Shown here piece by piece: positions 27,263 through 39,080 of a stretch of DNA of 64,000 bases. The DNA lies in NCBI RefSeq assembly GCF_009914755.1, contig NC_060929.1; one strand, 5' to 3'. A model generated the notes under the pieces. The model made no database searches, was not told where the DNA came from, and saw only the letters and a program-made list of their open reading frames with translations. The position numbers and the translations under genes are program-made. The stretch comes from the human T2T-CHM13v2.0 reference genome, Homo sapiens. Numbering within the stretch: the first letter of the stretch is position 1; every line of letters begins with the position of its first letter.

Positions 27263-28421
27263 CCTTCCGTCACTTGGAATCCATCCTCCTTATCTAGCCC
27301 ACTCCCCAGTTAATGTCTCTGCCTTTTGGGGGCACATGCAGCTGAGCTGGCTTCATTTGGCTGCTAATGTGGGTCTACTTTCAACCCGCCAGCTGTGTAG
27401 TTGCTGGGAGTCCTTGGGATAGAGCAGCTCCCCTCCCTCTTCACAGGTAACTTGCTGGGTCCCTGTACTCCTCCCAGTGACAGGTGATGCTGCTCCTGAC
27501 TACACATGCCATGTGCACAGTTCCTTATTGTTTCTATAGCTTTCCTTGGCTGTGCACTGTCATGGCTCCAATACACCTCTGTTTCTTCACAGAAAGCACA
27601 AGAAAGGTCACCTCCATCTGCCCCTTTGCCCAGGTTATACTTTACACACTTCCCAGGCCACGCCCATTGTGATCGTGGAGCTGTTCGTTCTCCCCTGGTC
27701 TCCATCTTTTCTGTAGTCACTGTTTCACATTGAGGGAGTAGGGGACTTGGGCCCTAGATATGAAATGAGCACTAAGTTTTGGTCTCTAATGATCTTAGAT
27801 TCCCTGCTTCATATTGACTTGTTGCAGAAGCAAATCTCAATTCAGATAGCTAGCTTCTAGGAATAAATCCTACAGTAATTATGTTCTTAGGGATTAATTA
27901 ATCAAACAGGTAATCTGGTCTTCCCTGAATATTATTTCTGAGAAGCCACCTCATGTTTTGTGTAAAATCCCTCAGCTTCATCTTCCGCAGAAAGATTTCC
28001 CTACTGCATGGCTCTCCCACCCCTCCTGTTTCCCCCAGGCTGTGGGGGCCATGCACCCGGGGAAGGGTTTGCTTTTCTTCTATTTGCTTCCCTCCACTTC
28101 ATGTTTTACCAGCCTGTCCACTCTCCTACTGAGCATTCTCATCATCCAATGCTCCAATGAGCATTCTGATTTCTCTGGTCAAAGTAGGAGAAAGGGCTTT
28201 GCTGTGCGCATTTTCAGATTCATACACCCTCTACAGTTACCATCTCTGAACAACCTACTCAGTAGCCTCTGCAATGGTCAGTTACTCCATCAGCTGGGAA
28301 CTCCAAAAGGCTCATGTGCTACCATTCAGTGACCACTGGAGAATGCTCTGAAGAGAAGGCACTGAGATGTGCTAGAAGATTCCAGGCTGGTTTCTGTGTG
28401 TGAGGATGGTTGTTGGAGGGG

Positions 28422-28624
28422 CAGTGATGGGCTGGGACTGGTCAGATGCAGCTCAGCACTGATTGTGAATATTGAAGACTTTTGCAAGGCAGTTGTTAAA
28501 CCATCGGCAACTTGAAATTACCCAGGGTGGAGGTATTAACATAATAGAAATCACTAAACCTACAAATCTGTTTTTGGTTTTGTGCTATTGTTTTCTAGAA
28601 AGCTAGTCTGCCAGCACACGACTA
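28422..28624 (+). mobile_element. MER63A-like hAT DNA transposon
   Basis: TIR-like ends CAGTGATGGGCTGG ... CCAGCACACGACTA; internal GTTGTTAAACC...CTTGAAAT...CTACAAATC. Confidence 0.8.
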
Positions 28625-28689
28625 AAGGTGAGTGTTCTACCAGTTTCTGGTTCTTTTTACAATAGTGATGTTTCCTGGGTTCTCCATGT

Positions 28690-28782
28690 GAAGGAGAGAA
28701 AGAGAGAGAGAGAGAAGTTAGGGGTGGAGGGAGAAGGAGAGAGGGAGGAAAAGAGAGAGAGGCTAGAGATAGAGGAAGAAGG
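28690..28782. repeat. GA-rich homopurine tract
   Basis: About 90 bp almost entirely A/G. Confidence 0.85.
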
Positions 28783-28857
28783 ATTGCTAGTTTCTTGGAC
28801 ATGTAATACAGTGCAGTAGTGACTGCATCCTCCTCCTCCCTTCCTAACTAGGGCTAC

Positions 28858-29224
28858 TGATATAGTTAGGTTTTGTGGCCCCACCCAAATCTCATCTTGA
28901 ATTGTAATCTCCACGTATCCAAAAAGGGACCTGGTGGGAGGTGATTGGATAATGGGGGCAGTTTCCCCCATGCTGTTCTTGTGATAGTGAATTCTCACAA
29001 GATCTGATGGTTTTATAAGAGGTTCTTCCCTTTTTGCTTGGTGCTTCTCCTTCCTGCCACCTTGGGAAGCAGGTGCCTTGCTTCCCTTTTGCTTTCTGCC
29101 ATGATTGGAAGCTTTCTCAGGCCTCCCCAGCCATGCTAAACTGTGACCCAATTAAACCACTTTCTTTTATAAATTACCCAGTCTTGGGCAGTTCTTTATA
29201 GCAGTGTGGAAACAGACTAATACA
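28858..29224 (+). mobile_element. THE1D-like MaLR solo LTR
   Basis: TGATATAGTTAGG start, GGGCAGTTCTTTATAGCAGTGTG...GACTAATACA end. Perfect TSD GCTAC (28853-28857, 29225-29229). Confidence 0.93.
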
Positions 29225-30211
29225 GCTACTCTGCCTGGTCACCCTCCCCCCATCATGTGGACAACCTCTTCTCATCAAGGGTGACAGACCCAGAGCCTGT
29301 CTACCCAAGCTTGAAATAGGGTCAGTTAGACCATAACACTGTCTGCACATGCCTGTCATCACATGCCCCAGTGTTGTGAAAACATGTTTACTGGTGTGTT
29401 TGCTTTAGTTGATTGTCACCACTTGACCACCTTGGAAGCAGAAACCTAATTTTATTTACTTTGAATACGTACAGCCTCACTCTGTGTCTAAATATCACAG
29501 ACTCTCATTAAATTTTATTATTCATATGAAGAAACAAGAGAAGAAAAAAGAAGAATCTCTAAAAAGGAGCAAACATCTGGGAAATAATGAGATTGAGGGA
29601 ATTCTTTAAGCCCAACAGGTCCAGAGCAGTAAGAACAATGACCACCTCAGCAGGAAAGTAGGGGAGGAACATGGGGCAGGTTGGAAGAAGCCAGACTGTC
29701 TCTGGAACCAGGAAGGGGCAAAATTCACAGGCTACTTTAAGTTAGAAAATTTCTAGACTCCTTGTGTTAGAAGAAATTGTTGATCTAAGTTAAGTTCATC
29801 TCAATTTGTTTAAGGAATTACTTTTACATTGATTAGATATGTTTAATTTAAATGGGCAAGTGATCTTTAAATGCCTTACTATTCTGCAAGCAAAATTGTC
29901 ATTAAGCAGTCCTGTCTTATAACAGTGTAACAGGTTGTAAATGGATGGAGCCCTGCCAACTGCCTGGACATTACTTTCACGCACAGACAGACACTAACTA
30001 CACTCTATTGGGTGGACCTGCACAGTTACCTACAGCATGAATGTGTGGAGGTTGGGTGGGAAACAGAGTAGGGTGGTGTCTTAGGTGTGTAACAGTTTCT
30101 TTCTCTTTCTCCCAGAGGGTTCTCAGCTTGGCCTGTCCATGGCCCACTGTCTGCTGCTTCTGGATCCTATTTCTACCATAGGCTTTTAACTTGCACAGAC
30201 AACTCCCCCTC

Positions 30212-30214
<3 letters not shown>

Positions 30215-30246
<32 letters not shown>
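30215..30246. repeat. (AC)16 microsatellite
   Basis: Perfect dinucleotide run. Confidence 0.97.
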
Positions 30247-30248
<2 letters not shown>

Positions 30249-31094
30249 ACAGTTGATACTCATTTGATCAATGTTAATTCTAGAAAAATTGACATAATAA
30301 TCCCCATTCAGTGGATGAGAAAACTGGGGTGAAGACTTACCTCAACTTCCATGACTAGTCAGGGTCAGAATTGGAAATACCACATTTGTCCTCTTGCTCC
30401 CAGATGCACCTGTCTCTGAGTGCACCAAGGGTGTCTCCATCTGGGCCACTGAACTCCACCCTCCCAGGGTGAAGTCCCTCTCTTGAGGCTGAGTCGGTAA
30501 TAAGAGAATAATTCCTGCTTCCAAGTCAGTGAATCAAAACCTACTGCCCTGCATGACCCAACACTCACGATTTAAGTGGATTAATTACAATTGCCTGTGT
30601 GTTTCTGGCATAAAATGAACAATGACTGTAAACAGATTTATGAGAAAAAATTTAAATTTTAGATATATCAATATTTGTTTCCCAATTTGGAAATGATTTC
30701 CAATGTAGCCTCTCTCCAGCTCCTATGGTTGTGTTTTTAATATTAACTGATGGTCTATTTGGAACTAAATTATTGTTGAGGAATTAATTGGACTCATTAT
30801 AATTTTAAATGAGTACATTTGAACAAAAATTAGTTTGTAATCAACTAAGTGTAGAAGTTTATAAAAGAGTGGCATCCAACTGGGACCCGCCTAAGGTGCC
30901 CCAGTGGTGGAGCCCATCTGCTTTTAAAAGTTGTATGTTTTCTGCAAATAAAAAGAAATTTGGAAGTATAGTTTAAAGGTAAAAATGCAAATTTACACTA
31001 ATGCATAGATTTTAAGATAGAAAAGCAAAGTCATCTGAATACATAGTACATACACACGGTCATACACAAAACCACCTAGTCTTATGTATATAAC

Positions 31095-31210
31095 TCTCTC
31101 TTTCTCTCACCCACACCCACACACACACCCACACTCACACCCCCCACACACACATACACAGAGAAACACTCAGTTGGGTACATTCATACATATGCACGTG
31201 CACAAACACC
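31095..31210. repeat. Imperfect CT/CA-rich microsatellite
   Basis: Seen directly. Confidence 0.75.
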
Positions 31211-32213
31211 AAACACTATTCTCTTACTTTGTGAAGAAATACTAAATAAAATATTATGAAAAACTAAAAACAATTTTAAAAGCCACAAATATAACAATAA
31301 AACCATAGCCCAACATTAATTCTGGTGCAACCTCTATGCCCTGATGTTGACACTGGTGGACAGGAACATGAGCTAGGAGGCGCTGTCTTCACCAAGGATG
31401 TTGTTACATTGCTGTATCTGTCAGCCCCTTTGAGGATCAAGCACAGATATTTTTTTCTTTTCTTGTCCTTTTTATCTCAATTCTACATTTCACATTAGAA
31501 AATAATCCAATCTAATGTCTGCCCCAGGGAAATCTCTCTCCAGATTCATACATTTATTGATAGAGTAAGTCACATGGAAATTTAATCTAATATAGGTTTA
31601 AGTGGAAAGAATAAGAACAGGCACATTTATTATTTCTATATATCCCCAAACCAGCAAAGCTGATGTTATTTTGAGATCTCTGCAATGGAATTTTTTTAAA
31701 AAAAGAGTATTAAGTAAAACGGAGCCTGCATCATAATTTAATGATTCTGCTAATGTGCTTCTTGATTTTAATCTACTATAAATCCATTGCAATTATGTAG
31801 TGGCATTATTTAATGTGATTTTTCCTGTCTGAATCTATTATTTTTCCAAAAGAAGCTGTCTGGAAAATACCAAAATGTATATCACCTGACAGGCAAATAG
31901 ATTTCCATTCTCAGCAAAGTATAATATGTAATTTAAATTCATTATCTGAGGATGTGAGATCACATTAAATATATAGAAAATAATCTTTCTGCTCGGGGAC
32001 AGCTGAATTTTTACTATCAAAATATATCAGATTTCTATCATATTAACAGTTTCATTATCTTGAAAAAAGAAGAAAAGTGCTATTTTTATCAGCCCACTTG
32101 CATTGGATTCTAGTATGTGTTTCAAATTTGTTTACAGCTCTTTAACATTAAAACCAATGAGGCTGACTACATGATAGAAGGTTCCCTCCTTCTATAGCAC
32201 GGAACATATTGGC

Positions 32214-32462
32214 TGCAATGTTCTGAATGTTGGCGTCCTGTCCCCCACATTCATATGTTGGAACCCAATGTGATCATATTAAGAGGTGGGGCCTTTGTTA
32301 TATGATTAAGTCATGAGTTCTATCCTCACAAATAGTATCCTTCTCACCCATATGAAAGAGGCTCAGTGCCAGCGATCTCCCTTGCCCCCTTTGCTTTGTG
32401 AAGACACAGCAAGAAGGTGCCATCTTTGAAGCAGAAAGTAAACTCTCACCAGACAACAAATG
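32214..32462 (+). mobile_element. MLT1A/MSTD-like LTR, 5' part
   Basis: CTGAATGTTGGCGTCC...ATTCATATGTTG...AGGTGGGGCCTTTG...GAAGACACAGCAAGAAGGTGCCATCT...CTCACCAGACA. Confidence 0.8.
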
Positions 32463-32892
32463 TATATTTCTTTTTCTCAATTTTGATGGACTATAAGAAT
32501 ATAAATACTCCTTTGTGAAATATTAGAATTGTAAATAGGATTAGTGGGACATCCTTTTTTTTTTTTTTCTTCTCCTTGGGACCCCGGGATGTGCCATCCT
32601 CAGGCCACAGACACTAGTCTTAGGTCAGGTCCCAGCCTCCCTGAGGGGTCTTGACACGAGCGGGCAGCCAACCCCAAGCCGTGACTGTGGTTCTCACTTT
32701 GGAATTTCATCAAACTGCCAGAGATACAGAAACTGGGGGTCAGGTCCAGCAGTGGCAGCTGCCCCTCCCAGGGACAGCGTGTTGCTCCCACCCACCACCT
32801 GCCAGGCCCGCTGTCTCCTCTGCCTCACTGACCACCTGCTGAGACCCCCGGTCCTGAGCTAGCACCCCATGCATCCGGCTCTTTTAAAACAA

Positions 32893-33878
32893 TTATTATT
32901 ATACTTTAAATTCTGGGATACATGTGCAGAACGTGCAGGTTTGTTACGCAGGTATACACGTGCCATGGTGGTTTGCTGCACCCATCAACCCATCATCTAC
33001 ATTAGGTATTTCTCCTAATGCTTTCCCTCCCCTTGCCCCCCACCCCCCAACAGGCCCCAGTGTGTGACGTTTCCTTCCCTGTGTCCATGTGTTCTTATTG
33101 TTCAATTCCCACTTATGAGTGACAACATGTGGTATTTGGTTTTCTGTTCTTGTGTTAGTTTGCTGAAAATGATGGTTTCCAGCTTCATCCATGTACCTGC
33201 AAAGGACATGAATTCATCCTTTTTATGGCTGTATAGTATTCCATGGTGTCTAATTAAACTAAAGAACTTCTGCACAGCAAAAGAAACTATCATCAGAGTG
33301 AACAGGCAATCTACAGAATGGGAGAAAATTTTTGCAATCTATCCATCTGACAAACAGCTAATATCGAAAATCTACAAAGAACTTAAACAGATTTACAATT
33401 TTAAAAAAACCATCAAAAAGTGGGCAAAGGATATGAACAGACACTTCTCAAAAGAAGACACTTACGCAGTCAACAAACATATGAAAAAAGCTCATCATAC
33501 CTGGTCATTAGAGAAATGCAAATCAAAACCACAATGAGATACCATCTCATGCCAGTTAGAATGGCGATCATTAAAAAGTCAGGAAACAACAGATGCTGGA
33601 GAGGATGTGGAGAAACAGGAATGCTTTTACACTGTTAGTGGGAGTGTAAATTAGTTCAACTATTGCGAAAGACAGTGTGGCAATTCCTCAAGGATCTAGA
33701 ATCAAAAATACCATTTGACCCAGCAATCCCATTACCAGGTATATACCCAAAGGCTTATAAATCATTCTACTATAAAGACACATGCACACGTATGTTTATT
33801 GCAGCACTGTTCACAATAGCAAAGACCTGGAAACAACCCACATGCCCATCAATAATAGATTGGATAAAGAAAATGTGG
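32893..33878 (-). mobile_element. L1PA7-like 5'-truncated L1 with 5' inversion (32893-33249 minus; 33250-33878 plus)
   Basis: Antisense L1 3' UTR up to CCATGGTGT, then sense ORF2 C-terminus (CTAATTAAACTAAAG...AAATGTGG). ORF-track peptides ([18 protein letters not shown]; [25 protein letters not shown]) are disrupted ORF2p. Confidence 0.95.
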
Positions 33879-33996
33879 GAGATACATTGAACAATTCTAA
33901 AAAGTAACTTTAATTTTAAAAATATTTACAAACATCATCAACCCTATTCTCTACAGCAGGTTTACTGGAGGTGAAGGAGTGGAGGAACAAGACTTG

Positions 33997-34110
33997 GAGA
34001 ACTTTGGTTGTGTTTCTCTTGCTCTCCAGAAGTATGAAAAAATAAATTTTCATTGTTCAAGCCGCCAAGTTTGCGGCACTTTCTTGTGGCAGCAACAGCT
34101 CTCTAATACA
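33997..34110 (+). mobile_element. MLT1 LTR 3' end fragment
   Basis: CTCCAGAAGTATGAAAAAATAAATTTTC...AAGCCGCCAAGTTTGCGGCACTTT...CTAATACA. Confidence 0.7.
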
Positions 34111-34971
34111 CAAGCATGGTTTTATAGCAGAAAGAATTTTGTTTTATAAAATATCAGAATTACGTTTGCATGGGTTGTGATTTAAAGAGCTATTATGTGT
34201 ATTGAAATCTTCACGACATTCATAGAAAACTCATGAGGTTCAATGTAATCGTTCCCTTAAAATATTTAGCAGGTTAGGAGACTTTCAATCTGAACTTAGC
34301 ACTTTAAAGTTCCTGCATTATACTGTTGCACTAGATAGAGATAGATAGACAGATAGATAGGCAGATTTAATTCATTGTGCATACAACTATCTAGTGGGAT
34401 ATATATAATGTAGTATGCATAATATACATAGTATACTATATATTATAATTTATGCTGTATAATAGATATTATATTGTGACATATTATATGTATATTATAT
34501 ATCATGTTTGTATGTGTGTATTCCATCAAGTATTCGTATTTTTAGACAAAACGAATAGGCTTGCCTAATATTTTATCTTTAAAATATCTTGGTTTTAATG
34601 TCACTAATTTGTTTGCATCATTCATTCCAAATTTAGTTTTAAGGAAGAGGGAGAGGACTAGCCAATTCAATAAGGGTGCACCATAGGAAAAATCATATTA
34701 TGATGTATAATGTTGTTGAATGTGGCCTTGGGAAATTAGAATTGTTAAACTATTTTAATCCTTTAGAGAACTTTGATCCTTTAGAGTCTGTCAGTAAATA
34801 CTGCATAAAACATAAACAACTTTTTTAGTAAAATAATAAAGACATCTTCTCCAAACTGAATTTTAGTGAGTTTTTGTACACATGGAATGTCCTAAGGAAT
34901 TACTGGGATAAAAACTATTATATGAATTATATTGATAGATCTCAATATTAAAATATTTCTGCACTACAAAT

Positions 34972-35422
34972 TGTCATGAACACTCAGCAAAGCCAGCATG
35001 GACTCACACTTACAATTTGGTTCAGATGTTGAGATTGATGGTTACACACACACACACACACACAAACAATCCAAGAGGCATGATAAGGTTTATTACTTAC
35101 ATAATTGAGGTTTTTTGAGTATAGAATGGCAGATCCACCCAACAGGTCCAAAATCTCTTGGGAGAATAAGGAAAAGAGAGGTGCCTGGGGTTATTACTAT
35201 GGTTAGAGGTTGGGGTCAGGTTGAGGGTTATTTAATACAACAGGGGCTTCTATGGATTGACGATACCCATTGCACTGGCTGGCTCCAAAGTACAGAGACC
35301 CTTCCTTATCAGCTTTCTTATCAGCTTGCCCAGATGTGTGACACAAAGAGAAGACAGAGGGGTAAGGTTCAAAATCTGTCAGCAGCCAAACATCAAAAAG
35401 TGAAATCAGACTCCTTGTAACA
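34972..35422 (-). mobile_element. ERVL-class solo LTR (MER74/MER54-group-like) containing a (CA)n run
   Basis: Reverse complement starts TGTTACAAGGAGTCTGA...TTTTTGATGTTTGGCTGCTGACAG...CACATCTGGGCAAGCTGATAAGAAAGC. TG...CA termini. Exact family uncertain. Confidence 0.65.
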
Positions 35423-35974
35423 GAAACATAATGTTAACTTAGTTACGAGATCTAATCCATTTACTATACTCCTAAATTAGACTTCCTAAATATTTTATTT
35501 ACTAATTTGAAATCTATATTCACAATTGATAATTATCTGTTACTTTTTATTTTAGGAGTACTATTTCAAGTTTTGGAATTGGATTGTGTAGGCTAGCTTC
35601 ATAAAATGATATTGTAAACTTCCTTTTATTCTTCTTATAGTATAACAGTTAATTAGTAATTATTTGTTTCTTGAAAGTTTTGTAAAATCCCAATTCCAGA
35701 GTTCTTTGATAGCATTTTTATATCTTCCTTTCCTGCTAAGAAATGTATTTAGATTTGACATAGTTGACTCTCTGTGTGTGTGTGTGTATGAAAATATGCA
35801 CATATATATGGATATAGATATATGCTTGATATATAAAAATACACACATATATTTGTTTTCTAGAAATTTTCAAATTCATCACACAAAGTTCTACACTGAA
35901 TTATTTTAAAATATTTTCTTGTCATATCGCTTTCACTGGTCTTACTATTATTTGTTCCAACTTTTTTTCACAGT

Positions 35975-36750
35975 TTTTTGACTCTGAGAAATTTAATTAA
36001 ACTTTCTAAGCCTCAGTTTTCTTATTTATAAATTGTGACAGATAAAACCTAAGGTGTGAGTTTTCTTTGGTTGTGTGTCAAATTACCACAAACTTGGTGG
36101 TTTAAGACAACCTGCTCTTATTATCTCACCATTTCCATTAGTACAGAGTCTGGGCACAGCTTAACTGAATCCACTGTTCAGGGTCTCACCAGGCCACAGC
36201 CAAGGTGTTGACCAGGGTTGGCATCTCATCTGAGGTTCAAGATGGTCTTCTAAGCTCATGTCATTGGTAGCAGAGTTCAGTTCCTTGCAGTTGAAGGACT
36301 GAGGTGGTTGGCTTCTAGAGACTTCTCTCCTCACCCCAATTTCCAGCCATGTGGCAGTCTCCACAAAATGGAACTTTCCTTTTCCATTTTGGTAAGAAGC
36401 TGATTCTTGCCTCTTACCACCACAACTTCATCTGAAATGCTCAACTGATTAGGACAGGCCTACCCAGAATAATCATCCTTTGATTAACTCAAAGTCAACG
36501 GATTAAGAACCATAATCACATGTGCAAAATGTCTTTACCTTTGCTATATAATGGCAGCAATATCTATCACACTCATTCTGCACACAATCAAGGAGCGGGA
36601 TTACAGGAAGGGTGAATATCAGGTGGTGGGAGTCTTGACAGTCATCTTAGAATTCTGCCTACTGCCCTACCCAGTAGGGTTGATGATACTTGTAAGTGAC
36701 TTACTGAGATAATATCCATAAAGTATGCAGTGCACCATCTTAGCTAACTG
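35975..36750 (+). mobile_element. MIR split by the MLT1E LTR (35975-36050 and 36668-36750)
   Basis: CTAAGCCTCAGTTTTCTTATTTATAAA core; continues TAGGGTTG...TGAGATAATATCCATAAAG after the LTR. Confidence 0.6.
36053..36665 (-). mobile_element. MLT1E-like MaLR solo LTR
   Basis: AAATTACCACAAACTTGGTGGTTTAAGACAAC; CAGTTCCTTGCAGTTGAAGGACTGAGG; TTTGATTAACTCAAAGTCAAC; CATCTTAGAATTCTGCCTAC end. Confidence 0.85.
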
Positions 36751-37809
36751 AATGTACCTCTCAGGCTCTGGCCATTCTATGCCCTGAGAGGTCTCTTCAT
36801 GCAGCACCTCTCCTGTCTGACCACAGAAAGGCTATGTGGGTGCTGGGAGTCTGCAGGGCCTTTGCCAGAAGAACACTGGAGGCTCCCTTGTCTCTCTTGC
36901 TCTTCCATGGCACAGGCTTTGGATAGATTAAGTCCTGGTCACTCTTTTATCCTCAAACACCATGATCAGGGTCTGGTTTCAGCTCAGGTCATTTTTCTAC
37001 TTGCCCAGAAACTACAACCTGGGTGTGTCCTGGTTTCCTCCATTGGACACTAGATGTACCCAGGAAGATCACTCAAGGTCCAGCACCAACCAGGCCTGAA
37101 ACAACACCCCAGAGAGGGGTGGAGCTGTGCCCTGGAGCTTTGCAGGGCGTCAGCCCAAGGGAAGGATTTCTGAGCTGCTGGAGTTTGAGAATTTCAATCC
37201 TTAGAATTAGTGCAGCAGCTTACTGAGGTTATATAGCCTCTAAGTCTCTTTTTTCTATCTAAATCTCTTTTTCTAGACATAAATGGTCTTCTTCAAAGAA
37301 ATTTTAGCTGAGCCATTTCAGTCAATTTACACTAGCTTTTTGAAAGTAAGAAAAGTTCTTGAACATAGATGAAACTTGCAGAAGTGAAAAGGAACCAAGC
37401 ACAGGAGTTTCAATGGGGTTAAAACCCGCTCTTAACTATAAACACTTTCAAATTTTATTCCCTCCCCTAGTACAGAGCAGCTCTCCACATAGATCAACAA
37501 ATTTTATTTTTTCATCACGTAAGTGTTCAATAAACTTTGTGTCCTCCTTAACATGATGCTGTTCTGGTGGACTGAACTATTGAATAGCAATGTGGCACAT
37601 TAAGTCAGAGCCTCCTGTTCTGCAAAGTCCTCTTTCTTTCTGGTCTCATTTTTCCTCACACACCTGGGAGGAAAAAGAACTAAGTGCAGGTAGACCTCCG
37701 CCCAAGCCAGCTCTTTCTAGTTCCAAGGCCTCCTGCAAATCCTTTAATTCTGCTTTCTAAACTTGCATAATAATACAACTACTTGAGGACAACACAACTA
37801 TCTGATAGT

Positions 37810-37945
37810 GATGCAACCACATCCAAAACCTATTACAATGTCCAGCATACAGGTGAGGCACTTGAGGCTCTGAGAGAGGGAATGACCTGCCTAAGCCAGC
37901 CCTGGGCAGAGCTAGGACTGAATGCAAGTCCTCCTCCTCCAAAGC
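37810..37945 (-). mobile_element. MIR fragment
   Basis: ACAGGTGAGGCACTTGAGGCTCTGAGAGAGGGAATGACCTGCCTAAG...GGCAGAGCTAGGACTGAA. Confidence 0.7.
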
Positions 37946-38832
37946 TGGGAGTTTCACAGGGGATTGTCATGGCCCCTTTCATAGACTAGTCAAATTGGGA
38001 TCAGCCCAATTTATAGGATCAGCCCATTTATGTCTTATGTCCCCATTTATGTCTTATGGGTAACTTGGTAGTGGTAGTCCCTAGGACATTATTCATATTT
38101 TATGAAATGATGGTGACACATTTCATTGATTCTCTTGGAAGAGTGAGGTGTAAGGATAGAAAGATGAATTCTACTCAGACTGGCCGATCCCAAAGAGACA
38201 AAGAAACAGACTCTGGGCCAGGATCTTTTTCTATCTTTTCTACACTCAAGCAGAGAAAGTTTTGTACTGAAAGAAAACCATAGCCACTTAGAACACAGGA
38301 CCCACTAGCCGAGGATTTCCCGTAATATAAATGAATAAATCCTCCTTGTTTTCACGCAGTGCAGGGTGTGTCAGCATCCATGTGTATGAAATACACTTCC
38401 AAATGTATTAGATCCTTTATACTAAAGAAATTTATGACTCTGCCTAAATTATGTGGCCTTGCAAGTGTTCCTACACATTCTGGCTCTTGGCTTTTCTAAA
38501 ATCCTTTGCCTTTGCTGTCATCTACACAATGTAACAGTGGGTTATCTACTATTATTTTATAATTGATTTTCATTGTCCTATAATTGATTTTGGTATGAAT
38601 CTTACCACTAAAATTATGTTGGAAATCACCCCATCAGCTTAAAGGAAAAAAAGACAATCACCATCTTCAATTAGGTAATGCTTATAAACAAACATTATTG
38701 ACCTTGCCAACATCCTACTTTGGTTGCCCTGGAAAGGGGAAGAAGAGGTGGCTGGAGAAGGAATAAGACCAGGATGAATGGCCTTGGTTTTCCTTATTCT
38801 AATTCTTGTCCAGGGAATTCTTGGATTTAGAC

Positions 38833-38896
38833 AGAGAGAGAGAAAGAGAGAGAGAGAGATTGTATATTGATATTTTATGTATTATATATGTGTATA

Positions 38897-38937
<41 letters not shown>
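38833..38937. repeat. (GA)n followed by (TG)n(TA)n microsatellites
   Basis: Seen directly. Confidence 0.9.
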
Positions 38938-38940
<3 letters not shown>

Positions 38941-39080
38941 CTGTCTTTATTGTCATTAGAAAGGGTGCTTGCATTGTTATAAATGGGAAAGACGAGCTAA
39001 AGTCTTCCTTTTAATCAGAGTAATCACTTCACACAGAGAGATAAACTACCAATGATTTAGAGAATTAAAAGGTAGCTGAT

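Noticed and set aside
28657-29151. 164-aa minus-strand ORF
   Set aside because: Spans the THE1D LTR and the GA tract; repeat-derived.
30335-30960. Minus-strand donor (GAG|GTAAGT) and acceptor-like site near 30942
   Set aside because: About 600 bp apart with no supporting frame; probably unrelated pseudo-sites.
33064-33890. ORFs with L1 ORF2p similarity
   Set aside because: Frameshifted fragments of a truncated, inverted L1; not a gene.
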